Part shown: one piece after another, positions 1 through 13,085 of the stretch | Layout of the letters: every line of letters begins with the position of its first letter | Position numbering within the stretch: position 1 is the stretch's first letter | Origin: Auanema rhodensis | Lineage: Eukaryota > Animalia > Nematoda | Length of the DNA: 64,000 bases | NCBI GenBank assembly: GCA_964057225.1 | Contig: OZ059899.1 | Location: forward strand, 5,332,001-5,396,000 | Direction: 5' to 3' | Notes under the pieces: model-generated | What the model was told of the DNA's origin: nothing | Database searches by the model: none | What the model saw: only the letters and a program-made list of their open reading frames with translations | Position numbers and translations under genes: made by a program

Positions 1-3000
1 CCGCTTCTCTTCTGCTATTCGTTCAATAGCTGTCCTTGATGTGTGCTTCTTTTCCGATGAAACAGGAAAAAAACTGTCATTCTCGTCTTCACAAGCTCAC
101 GTCTGTTTCCAATTTCAGAAAATGATTCAAAATTTTCGTTGAAACAATGAAAAATGACAATTGGGTGTATCATGAAAGTTTAGAATCAAATTTTAATATA
201 ATTCTATTATATTCATATGACGTTCACAAATAAATGACAGCTAATTCAGAACAGCCTTCCGATGATACTCGATATCATCCGAATTCTACCTTATATGGTA
301 AGACAGCAAAGTATTCTGTTCTGATAGCATATCAGTGTCATAATTTCTTTTGATTAGTATCCGCTTTTATGTTCGGAAACAAGCTTTGAACTCTCATCTA
401 GCAGTGAAAACCATTTTTTCGTCTGTCGATTGTCTCTGTCTGTTTCATGTAACAATCAATTGAACAGAAAAAAATCTTAAAAAACTTCATAGGTGTAGTC
501 TTGTATTCATGTACCTCTATCGTACCCTTAACTCATCAGAATATAGTGATAAGTCGTAGGAGGGTGATGAGTAACGTCACCATGAAGTCTGCATACAAGC
601 TGAGGACAGCGTTTGACAGTTTGAAAAATTTAGGTACAAACATCAGATAATGTCTAGATAGAGAGAATCGTCTTATCTTAAAGTATTTAATTATATATTA
701 TAACCATTAAGATATATTTATAGCTTTATACATCCACACCTTATGTTGTATGTTTCTGAGATATTTGAAATACTCCACATACATTCCTAGTTAACCAACT
801 TGCCATATATACACGCATATCATATATCTTTATCTTTATAAAAATAATAATAAAAAAAAGATTTTTTGAATGAATAACGGAAGGTTATGAAGAGCCAGAT
901 GCTCCAATACCATCACCTGTCTTTTCTGTAGCTCTTTCATTCAGTCAGTCAGTCAGCTCCTCCCCTTACTAGCCCATTCCTACTTTCTTTCTATCTCATA
1001 CACTCCTCATCATCCTCTCTCTCTCTCTAGGTCTACTCCCTGCCTTCCTTAACGTCTTATCGTTCAATTTTCTTTGCCAATAAGCAAAGTCACACGAGTG
1101 TTCTTCCTTTACAACGTTCTATGTTGTTCTCTCTCTCTCCCTCTCTCTTTCTCTATTTCCCTCTATACCTCCCTTCATCAGCTATTCCCTTCCTTCAAAA
1201 TCCAATTCATATATCTTGTATATTTCATTTAATGTTTTTGAATAATTAAATAACTTCACCCTATACTTCTCTATTCGTTTCAAATTCACTGTATGTCTCA
1301 TAAAGCAGTATATGGCTTACGACCACACTGTGCGCAGATCATCAACAGTTAGTTATGTATCTATGCTGTCCAATGTTGATGTTTGAAATTGATTTTTCGA
1401 CTTTTTTTTCTCTTCTTCTTCATATTTTACAGTCTTTTCCATTAATCTCCTCGTTTTTTCTCTTCGATTTTCATACATTGTGTTCCTGTGCAGTCTTTAT
1501 GTTTCTATATATCTTCACATTCATTCTTCTATTTTGATCAAATTCTCAGATATCTTTTATCCAACTTTTCTAATGAAATTAATATTTCTTTGAAGAACAA
1601 TTAGTTATTAATTTTTTAAAGAAATTTTATTAATTTCTTACCTATTCTTCCTTTCCTTTCCTTTATTTCTTCTTCTTCATCTTTTAAATAATAAATTTTT
1701 GTTTGTATATGGTATTCAATATCCATGATTTATACATATTTCTTTTAGTATTTTTCACAGATTCTCTTAAGTTTTTCAGCTTTTTTTGTTGACAAGCTTT
1801 TAAATTAAAAATGCTACGTGTCATTGATTGTGGTCAGTGCCATCTCTATCCATATACACAACACACGTAAAACGACCAGAAAAGGCAAAGTAGTCTTTGA
1901 ATTCACAATATTCATTGTCTTTTGTCTTCATCATCTTTATCTTCATTTTTTAAATTTTATTTTTTATTAAAAATATTTTATTATTTATATTTAGATGAAT
2001 AATAATAATAATATTTATTATTATATTTATACATATTATATATATCTTTTTAAAAAATCTTTACATAAGGTTTTGTTTGAGACCAATTTTCTTCAATTTT
2101 TAATCAAAAAATTTGATTAAAAAAATAATTTTTCCTCAAAAAAAATGAAAACCAAAGTTTATATAACGATTATACTGCTTTCTCATCAATTCTCTAGTTA
2201 CTCTTGTATTCATTGGAGAAGATTAACATAGAACCATCCCCTTTTCCCATCTCTATATGACCATGGTCTTACTTAGTCTAGTGTAGGGTATATGTGTGTG
2301 TGTGTGTATGTATGAACTGAAGTGGAGTGTATGGATTACGGTAGAACTTGTTGTTCGTTCCGTCATCGTCTACGATCGTTTGTGCTTCTCTCGCATTACT
2401 CTCTCATTCTTTCTCTCGTTCTTTCCATTATCTATATAGCTTTCTCTTTTTCTCTTGTTGAACCTGACTCCCTTCTGATGACTGAAATCGATCGCTTCTA
2501 CATCGGTTAGCGAACCTACGGGATGGTTGAACGCATGAAGTCATCGTTGTCGTCGTCAATGATGACTGATGCCTGTATGTATAACTAACTTCATATGGTA
2601 ATTGTCAGTATTAACTATTTTCTTGTTACATTAGTTAACTTGTGATCGGATAGGGTTCAAACTGATTGAGAATGTATTAAATATCATTCTCATATCATTG
2701 TATCAAAATGCATCATTTCTAAACCAAATAAGTTACAATTCCCATCTTCTTCCAGCATCTTTTTTTTTGTCATCAAGCAGCAAATACATGCTATCTCTTT
2801 ATACTTCCCTACATTTTGCTAATATTTCTATTCTGCACTTCTATATATTACAACAATGTATTTTTGAGCTTATGCTATTCATATTCCCGCCACACCCCCT
2901 CTAGTGTCAGGACCAAAAAAAAAAGAAGAAAAAGTGAAAAGAGAATCTATTTATGAATTGAAACTATTCGTTTTCGGCTTACGAATAACATGAAAAGATA

Positions 3001-3629
3001 AATGATCATCATCATATGTGAGAATGTGAACCTTTCCTATCAATATCCAGTCTCTTCCTCTTCCCTCTCTGTTTCACTTTATCTCTTTCTCTTGCTCTTC
3101 CTTCACTTTATCTATAAAATATAAAAAAATAATATTTTCAATAAATCTATTTGTGTTTTACAAACTTATTCGTGCAACTTAATTCCGCCAAAACTGGGAT
3201 GGCAATACGATTTATTAGTTAGTGAACCTATCTATACATAGCATAATCAAGAGAGAAACAGGCATGAGAGCCAGACGAGAGGATAGATGCAGATTACTGT
3301 ATCTGCCTGATGCCTTCCTCGACAGCAGGTAATTTGTAACAAAGACCTTGCTACTCTTTCCCTCCATCTATCTCTATCTCCTACTCTCTCATAGTGATAT
3401 GTTATAGTAATGTCTCTTCATATATTCTTTAAAACTTTCATTTTGTCTCGAGTGAACTTCTAATAACACATTTTTCTTTTTTTTATATAATTTATACGTT
3501 CTTTATAATAATAATGTTAATAGTATTATACTATATTATAACATAATATATATTTTATTTTTCTTTATTTCAGTAATTCTTTCATCGTATAACAAACTAG
3601 CTCAAATCTTACTGTGAGTACCTAATGCT

Positions 3630-6600
3630 ATGATTTCGGTCATGACAATGATGAACAGCAGTCAAAATCCTAATCATAATGGGTATGTCAATTATAATTA
3701 TATATATATATTCTCTTATCATACTATTTTTTATTTTAGTGGTTTTAATCTGAATGGTGGTTGCCGTAACTTCATTACTCCAGCTGACAATCAAGCTGAT
3801 CGTACCGTCACACAGGCTTCTCCTCCCATTGTAACTCCTTCGTAAGTCTTATATGCCTATCTGAATATATAAAGACGTATAGTTGGATCGATGAAAATAA
3901 AGACTATACTCTATGTTTCGTGATATATACATTTGGTGTTTTAGTAGTCAAAACAATACATATTCTTGTTACAGCTCGGCCAGCAGTGGATCAAATCAAA
4001 TGCCAGCCGCCTATATGGGTTATACTGAATCCATTCAATCAGCTGCTCAAAAAAATCTTTTTGTAACAGCTCATCCCCAAGCAGGCAAATTTCCAAATGG
4101 AGCTACACCAAGTAATCACTAAATTTCATTTGATATCGATAGACAATAGAGCTGCTATTTTGATGTTTTTACTAATATCACGCGTTCTGCTCATCATTTT
4201 AACCAAACCATGTGCTTCAGATTTCGACATGATGGCTATGAATCCAGATTTCTATAATACAGGCCTAGCATGGCCCTCATACTATCAACCTCAAACCTAC
4301 CCATTTCCTCCCAATTACCAAAATCATGTGATAGACGTTTCAAATATCAGTGGAGGTTAGTTGATATCATTTTTTTTTAAATTTCCGGGTTAAATTAATT
4401 ATTTTTATTATTTATATTGCTTTTTTTATTCACAACTTTCACTTTTTACATAATGTCTTTGTTAACTTTTGAATATAGTTGATAGGAGGCCAAATAGCCA
4501 GTTAAAGTTCCTATATGCTGGTCGGCTACCGTACCCCTACCGTAATATTGGCGGGCAGTGGCTGACTGGCTGAGAGCGAGAGAGCGCGCACACAGAGGAG
4601 AGTGCATAGTAATGGGCTTCTCGTATGAGAGAAGTAGGCAAAGAAGAGAAGAAGTTGTCGGTTTTGCTTTCATCTGCTATCAATTCATCTCTCCAACTTG
4701 TGAAGAGTGTGTTTGCAAGTACCTTCAGAAGCGTCTGTCCGTCTGCTGCTCTCTGATATAATAATACTATTTGTAGCAGATGGGTCGAAGCGTTTTGTGC
4801 GTGCTGGACTTTCTTATCAAATCATAAATATTCGCACTCCCCCCCCCCACCCATCAGACATACATATATGTATATATCATTTTCTGAAGGTATATTGATT
4901 TTCTTCAATGATGTTACGTCTTCCGAAGGATTGGGGTGTCAGAATTCATCTAATTGATTTAAAGCCGAATAGAGTTTTAGCCAATTACATACTTCTCATG
5001 ATACTTATAAAACATTTTTTGATCAGTTATATCGAAACATCAGATGAATCATATGTGTGTTCATCGTTCACATACTTGAAGTTTTTTCATTTTGGTAGAA
5101 TGAAAGAAGTTTCACTGTCTATCTTCAAATCAAAGAAAAAATCAGGGAAAGAACGATTTGTTTTTTGAAATGGTTTGGTTCAATCAGGAAAATTCGACAA
5201 TTTCTTATTTTTCTGTATTTTTGTGCTAAATTTACCTCAATAATGCCGCCATCTGGTTGTGAGCTTGTAAAGTCGGCATTTATTCATTTCTTAGAGTAAG
5301 TCAAATCAAAAGAGAAAAGGAGGGAGAGAGGGGGAGAGTTGATGAAAGTAGAGACAGAGAGTCCGGCTCTCTTACTTTTATTCTCTCTGTATATCTCTCG
5401 TAACTCTTGTAGATTGAGCCGTCTGTCGTAGTCTCGATGACGTTTAATTAAGCTGTAAATTCGGCTGCTAGGCTTGCCAAGCCAGATCTCCCGGCTGTGC
5501 CGTATTTCGCGATGGACGTTAGCTTTTCATTTTCAGCTGAAAACTGATGAAACAGGCAGAAAGGGGTTTTCTCATGTATACATACCCATTGATCAGAATG
5601 AGATTGTTATAATAGGTTCTTGATCTTCAAGCATAATCATAAAGAAACAAAATGAATAAAACACGAAGATATAAGGATTATCTATATATGTTTGATGTAT
5701 CATGCACTACGATTGAATTTGCTCTGACAAGTTCAAACTATTTTTCACGAATATCATATCTCTGATTGATATGTTGGTTTGCCCAAAAATGTGTCATACA
5801 AACTTCCAGGGTCTTTAGTATGTTTGGAGATTCTTAACAAACATAATCCTGGACCTACATATATAGATACACACCTGGTTTATGGCCTTTTTTGAAAGGC
5901 GAACAAGCAGTACCAAACATACGGCACACACCTGCCATTTGGCCTTCTCTCTATAACTTCTATAGTATTTTCTAACTTTTATGTCATTTTTCTTATTTTC
6001 CTTCTATACTTCTCTCTCTGTCTCAGCCTGTCTCATTCTCTTGTTCTCTCAATATGATATTTTAAGTTTCTGTGGACAAACAATATTGGAAATTGAATAT
6101 TAATATTTAAATTATAATCTAACTAACTATATCATATAATCTTGTTTTCTAAAACATACTACTTTCTACGTAATAGAATATTTCCAATGTTAGTTGTCTC
6201 ATGAGAAGGTAAAGGAAGCAAATGGTTTGAGCACATCAGAAAAAACGATTTTATGGCGACGATAAAGTGCGGCCGACAAGAAGATGACTTAGAAGTTAGA
6301 AAAGATGAAGAAAATGCCGACACCGAAGAAGTTAGTTGTTGGAGGACAGTCTGCAGAATGTGCGAAAGGAACTTGCTACGAAGACATAGATAGAGGGAAA
6401 CACAAAAAAGAAGAAGAGAGAAAGAGAGAGAGAGAGAGAGAAATGATTGCTGGTAGATTTTATAAACTGACGCACGCAGTTTTCCACGTGATTGTTTGAG
6501 ATTTTCATTCAAATTTTCAATTAGATATAGAAATGTCTAAAAGCTTTTATTTGAAATATTGAACCGGAACTTTCAGTAAAATCTTATCTGAAGTGTAGTA

Positions 6601-7554
6601 CTCTAGTTCAGTTTCTTGAAAAATTATAATCACATGACAACTTGATGTCTATTCATCATTTGATGTTGCTGGTTAAAAGAAAAATTTAATTTTCTTATCG
6701 GTGTTATGCGTATACCACAACAGAATATTTTTTTCAATAAAATATATATTATAAGTATTAAGTTATAGATATATACATATAATTAATATAATTAATCTGA
6801 TATTTATATAATTTGAAATATTTGAAAATCATTGAAAATTCATCTAATGGATGTTCATAATCATACTGATGTCATGTATCTGGTAACATTAATGAAGCAG
6901 ATGAAATGAATGCTGTACTAATCACATCTCTATCTCTCTTCTCCATATAGTTAGCATAGTATACCGAAAGTTGAAAAATGAACTTCAATGTTCAGAACTA
7001 GCTGATTTCTCATTCAATTCTATTTTCTAATTTCTTTTTCTTTTTTTTTCGGTTCCCCCCCTCTCTCTCTCTCTGTCTCTTTCTCTCTCTCTCTCTTCAT
7101 CTCAAATTTTTCTCGTTTAGATGTCTAGTAGATTGAAGATTACGGTAGAAATTCGTATTAGTCACACACATAGCTCATCTGCTATTCAGCTACTACCGAC
7201 CTTCATCCAATTTGTTCCGTTTTCCCCAAGGGGTCAAGTCACTTCAATGTATCAACTCAGGGAAAAAAAGTTGTTCTAGCTTTACGCTCTTTAGTCTTTC
7301 TGTATGAATATTCAGCATTTCTGCTAAGTTCATATATTTTGAAGCCATATCCTTCAGTATATTTTGTGAAAATCAAGCTTTTGTCTATATGCTTGTGAAT
7401 TCAAAGTTGAAGCATGGTTCTGGAAGATGATTTCATTAGCTTTAAGGGTAATATTCAATGGTAATCGGAAAGCAAACACGATATTGACATCAGTTTTATG
7501 ATATCCTAAGCCTGATCCTCCCACTGTTTTCTCTCTTTCTCACCCATGACCAAT

Positions 7555-7598
<44 letters not shown>

Positions 7599-9306
7599 AA
7601 CGTTTACCTTCAAACACATAACACCCTCAAGCGCAGCAGTACAAACCTTTATATGGCCCAGTAGCAGCTGCATAGTGAATATTGGAAAGCTTTAATTGGA
7701 ACAATTTGGTAATTGCCCATACAAACACATGAGCACAGAAGGATGGAAAATTGAATTGAGAAATCACTTGAAAGATGATGATGTGCAGAAAAAAAGGGAA
7801 CAAGGAAATAAAAGATTTTCTGGGATATCATTGATTGTTTTTCCACATTTTCCATTTCCTTCTTCCTCATTTTAATTTTTTTTGTTTCCATGAAGAAAAA
7901 AAAGGAATACAATGAAAAAAGATTGAATGAAGATAGGATGGTTGACTTGAGAAATTTCGTGAAATTTATTGGTCTCATCGAGGCTTCACGTACTGTCGTA
8001 AGACCACCCAAATCACAATTTACGGCTGTATGTATGTGTGATGATGGATGCGAAAGAAAATGATGTCTTTAAATCTATTCTATCTAATGATTTGTACCTT
8101 TGTAATCAAACAAGAACGGAAGAGATGGTGAAAGATAGATCGTACCCCCTTGCCAGGTTGGAGGAAAAAATAGAAGGATAGCTAGGATGAGGAGATTCAT
8201 TGTTTGTAGAATATGAGATAGATAGATACAAAGAAATCGAGATGTTCAGAGATGCATCCTCTTTCGCTCCAAAATTTCCACAAAATAGAATATACATACT
8301 GGGGTATACGGTAGCCAGAGAAGGAAGAAAATCATTTGTAAAAGTACTGATATGTATCTCCAGCAAGGACACAACACAATCGTTAGGGGGGGGAAGGGTT
8401 GCCTTGTTTCTACCTAATCTACATGTCCTCTTCCTCATCTCCTTCTTTACCTCTATCTCTATCTCTCTTCCATTTTGTATATTCCTTTCTCTCGATTTTA
8501 ATAGTAAAAAATGATCAAAAAAAGGAATTGAGGAAGGTACTATACCATGGCCACCTGGTCCTATCTTTAGATATTACCAAAATATCAATACTTCATATCG
8601 GATAAATCAGATATATCAATAACATCTGTATATATATATATATATAGTTTAATATAATTATTTAATTATTCAGCCTTCTTTTACAATTGTGTTTGTTTGA
8701 TCTCTTCTATCTCTCTATCTCTCTCTCTACCTCTCTTTTTCTTTTTCTCTTTCTTTCATTCTTAATTTCTCTTTCTTTTCATTCTGAAATGCCGAAATGT
8801 GAATTGCCATTGCCAACTTCTGAATTTTAATTTTGCCCGAAAGCTGTTGTATGTAACAGGCGGCAACTAAATATTTCCGAAGAAAAGCTTCAAAAATATA
8901 AAAAATTAAAAAAGAAAAATTGTTTCTCTCAATTACATAGACGTCATTTTTATTGTTTTGCTGTTTCAGATCCCAACTTGGATTGGACTAGTAACTCAAA
9001 TCTTCGTAAAAAAAGGAAGCCATATACCAAATATCAAACATTAGAATTAGAAAAGGAATTTATTTATAATACATATGTCAGCAAACAAAAACGATGGGAC
9101 TTAGCTCGATCATTGAATTTAACAGAACGACAAGTCAAAATTTGGTTCCAGGTATATTCTTTTATATTCTTTATATCATTTCTTACAATCTTATCTTATA
9201 GAACCGAAGAATGAAGCAGAAAAAGCAAACTCAGAGAGGTCCCGAAACATCCGGCATCGTCGGCATGATTCCTCCTCAATCGATTTCTTCACGTGAAGAA
9301 GAATAG
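3630..9306 (+). CDS. php-3: Posterior (Abd-B class) Hox homeodomain transcription factor, php-3-like; 6 exons
   Basis: Spliced exons 3630-3682, 3740-3841, 3945-4111, 4221-4356, 8970-9151, 9202-9306, all GT-AG with consistent phases. Homeodomain [57 protein letters not shown] is preceded by the posterior-Hox tryptophan (LDW). It closely matches recalled C. elegans PHP-3. The start codon and the exon-3 donor are less certain. Confidence 0.9.
7561..7595. repeat. (TC)n microsatellite in the Hox intron
   Basis: Perfect TC run. Confidence 0.95.
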
Positions 9307-9502
9307 ATACCGTTTTTCTTTTCCTTCTTTGTATTTTTTCTTAGAATAATCGCATAATACTGGTATGTTTCGGAGCTCTGAGCTCAGTCCGTTAGCCTTC
9401 ACCTGTCACTCTCTCTCTCTCTCTCTCAATCACACACACACACTTTCTTCTTCTATTTCTTAAAATGACATCATTTTTCCTTTTTTTTTTAATTTTTGCT
9501 CT

Positions 9503-9539
<37 letters not shown>

Positions 9540-12500
9540 TTACTTACTTACTCTTTCTATATCCTTCTCCTTCTACTGATACAGTCAAATTCTCTTTGTC
9601 TAACCGTCTATGTCCCATGCTCCCCCCTCCGTACTTTATGTATGCTCTTACTCTTATTCAATCTTCCTCCTCCTCCTCCTCCTTTCTATTTTTTTTTACA
9701 AAAAAGTTACCGTAGTAAATCGTTGTATATTCTATTCAAAAGTTGTTTAATTTCTGCTGTCTAGGTGCGGAAATCGTTTGAAAAATTTGCTTCTGTATGT
9801 TCCAGTTGCTTCAGATCTATTCATCTAACGCAATTTTTTTGCACATCAAGACTTTTCTCTTTATATTTAAGATCAAATATCTAACAAAAAAAATGTTTTT
9901 TTTTCTTGGTTTATAACCAAATATGATCATGACAAAATAAAAATGTGAAAATTTTTTACTTTATTCCTCGTATGTGTGTTAGATTTCCTAAAGAATTCAA
10001 AAGAAGAATGATTTTTCAAAACTAGAGTAATTGAAACATACATGTATGAATGAGTATTTACTTTCATATTATTCATTGAAGACGTGAAAACAAAAAAAAA
10101 GTTTCATGTTATGCTTCAACATGATATACAGATATAACCTATTTCAAACTTTATTTTGACAACCTTTTTGAATAATGAAAATCTCTCTCTCTCTCTCTCT
10201 TACTCTTACTCTTAACCTATAAACATATTCTTTTCTTAATTGAATTCTTTCTGAAAAGATAGAAACATCAGAAAAGAAAAGAACTGAAACCATCTTTTGA
10301 AAAACTGGAAATAGCAATATCCATGTCATGATTATACTAGGTTTTAAACTAAATTTGTATTATAATTTAAGATGAAAAACGAGCTGAACTGACTTGCCAT
10401 TTTAAAAAATTTAAATTTATATTTCAGCGAAACTATTTCTGATTTGATTTTACATCTCAGTTTGCTTTTCTTTTTTCATATGATTCTCCTAATATTCCCC
10501 GTTAGTCCATTGTTTTTTCAATTTTTTTTGGGCGTATACTTTGCTTCTACTTAGTAAGTACTTCGGTTATTGTATTCTTAAGTTTCTGATAGAATATAAA
10601 TTTTCTCTTCAAAGTTTCTTACAAAATTCTCTTTCTCTCTATCTCTCTACCCTTCATCCTCACTCCAGCTCACTCACTCTCTCTCTCTCTCTCTTTATAT
10701 ATTTTCCGTTATTTAAAGATAATACTGTTTTTGTTGTTACTTTTTCCTTTTCTATTTCTTCAACTGTATTAATTAATACAGATTAATGTAGTCAAATATG
10801 CTATACATATTATATAAATATATATAATATAAATATGAAAATGCTGAAAAATAAAAGTTTTAAACAAAATTTGTTTTTTTTTCTAAACAGAAATCAATAT
10901 AAACATAACTATACTTAACTATAAATATAAATAAATATATAATATTCAATCAAATAAGTATATTGATAACATATATAAATGAAAAACTACTGAAACAACT
11001 AAACATAAATATGAAATTTCTTTAACAAACAAAAAATAATTTGATTAATTCATTAAGAGATTATATTTTTTTTTAAATCTTCAACTAATTGAAAGATAAA
11101 TTATTCAGTTTTCTTGCGATTTTCCAATAAAACAACGAAGAGTTCATTGAATCTAATCAATCAACTACAATCACACGATAATCAGCTACGACGAGAAATA
11201 TCAATAAAGCTTTTCTTTCTTTTTACTATTTTATTATTATTATTAATAATCTTTGTATTATATAACATATAGTTTAACTATATAATGAATAAATAAATAT
11301 ATTTTAAAAGATATTTGAACTTGATGTTTAGTTGTAATATTCGTTTCACCTCAAATAAATGATTTCAAAAAAGAACTTTTATCTTTCTATCTCTTATCCA
11401 TTTTCACATTTAACAAAAAATTTCAATCAATATCTTTTAAACTTTTTTTTTATTTTTATTTCAAAAAAAAAAAAAAAAACATTTTTCTAGTAGTTAGTGT
11501 TAACTATATGTATATATTCATATGATTGATAGAGATTATCATATATATATTATATAATATCATTTATTATATGATAATGATAAAAACTATCATGTGATAA
11601 TAAAGATTAAATATTATATTTCTTATCTAATTTTTTCATTTTTTTTTGTCTTTGAATTTGAATGTCCAATATATATTTTATATAATACAATATTTATAAT
11701 TTAACTAAATAATTATATAAAATTTAATTTTTTTTTCAAATTTATCATCTTCTTAATGACTTAATTATTTTTATTTCTTTTAATTTAAAAAAAAAGTATT
11801 TTATAAGAATCTAAACACAAATATATTTTGATTGTAAACGTTATTCACTCTATTGCTTTCTTCTTTTTCTCCTTTTTTTTTCTTTTACTCTTCCTTTCAA
11901 TCAGAGTTTTTTCGTTCATTTTCGATTCTTTTCCTTCTTTTCCTTCTTCTTTAACTGTTATAACATTCAAATTATTTCATCAGTTACATTCATAGTTCCA
12001 TCACGTATGATGATGATGATGATGTTGAAGACACACTGTTTCATCTGCTTTTCATGTTTCATGTTTTATTGATTTTAATATAAAACTATTGAACAATAAA
12101 TATTTTTATAAATATTAATAACTATATGTATATAGTTATATATATATATTATTAACTATATATATATATACATACATATAGCTTATCAATCAGTTATTGA
12201 TTTTTTAAAATTATTTTCTTATATATTGATTTTAAAATTCTTAATTAAACTTATATCATCTTTATCAGCGTTAATGCCTTTTTCTCTGAAAATATCAATT
12301 AATCACGCTTATTTCATTCTCTTTATTCCCTAAATTTCCATGACGACCATCGTTCAAGTTGCTTATTTCCTTCTTTAAAAATCCTCCTTTTTCTTTTTTT
12401 CTAATTTTCATTTGTTGTTGATCATTATGTTTTTTAATTTTTAATTTTTTTCTAATTGAACTTCTTAAAGTACTTAAGGTTTTTAATTTCATATTTTTCA

Positions 12501-13085
12501 TTAAAACAACTTAAAACTTACTTAAATCATTAACTATATCACGTAAACAAATTGAGAATTTTGTTTTTTTTCTAATTGCCAATTCCTGTTTTGTTCAATC
12601 AGACATTTTTGGTATCGTTATATAGGATTAACTTGTTGTTTACATCTATTTTTTGATGTTTCAAATTAATTTTGATTGTTAAAATCCTTAAGAATTTTAT
12701 ATAATTATGTGAAAAGTTAATACGAAAATCTTCCTTTTCATTTATTTTTCCCATTTTCTTTCTTAAAATATGAAATTAACTATGTGAATATAGTTTATTA
12801 TCTATGAAAAAATATTTAAAATTTTTTTGAATCTATGGAATTTTGGGAAAAGTTAATATCTTCGTACACAACATACTTGTCAAGTATGCTATTTATGTTG
12901 AATTCAAGTTATTTACATGAAAATCTTATTAGATATTCATTGATTTTCTTGTTTTTTCTATATATTTATCTTTTTTTATATATTTTTATATATAAATTAT
13001 ATAAATTAATAGATTATTTAGGGTAAATCAGGGTTAAAGTTGAAATTGTGTGGAAATTACACAACGACAGTAAATTGCTTCAATC

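Noticed and set aside
565-603. GTGATGA...CTGA as a C/D snoRNA
   Set aside because: Only ~40 nt between boxes and no terminal stem.
5767-5797. TGATATGTTG, resembling the miR-50/90/190 5' end
   Set aside because: Only a ~30-nt weak hairpin; not pre-miRNA geometry.
7257-7264. CTCAGGGA, lin-4 seed complement
   Set aside because: Intronic, not in a 3'UTR.
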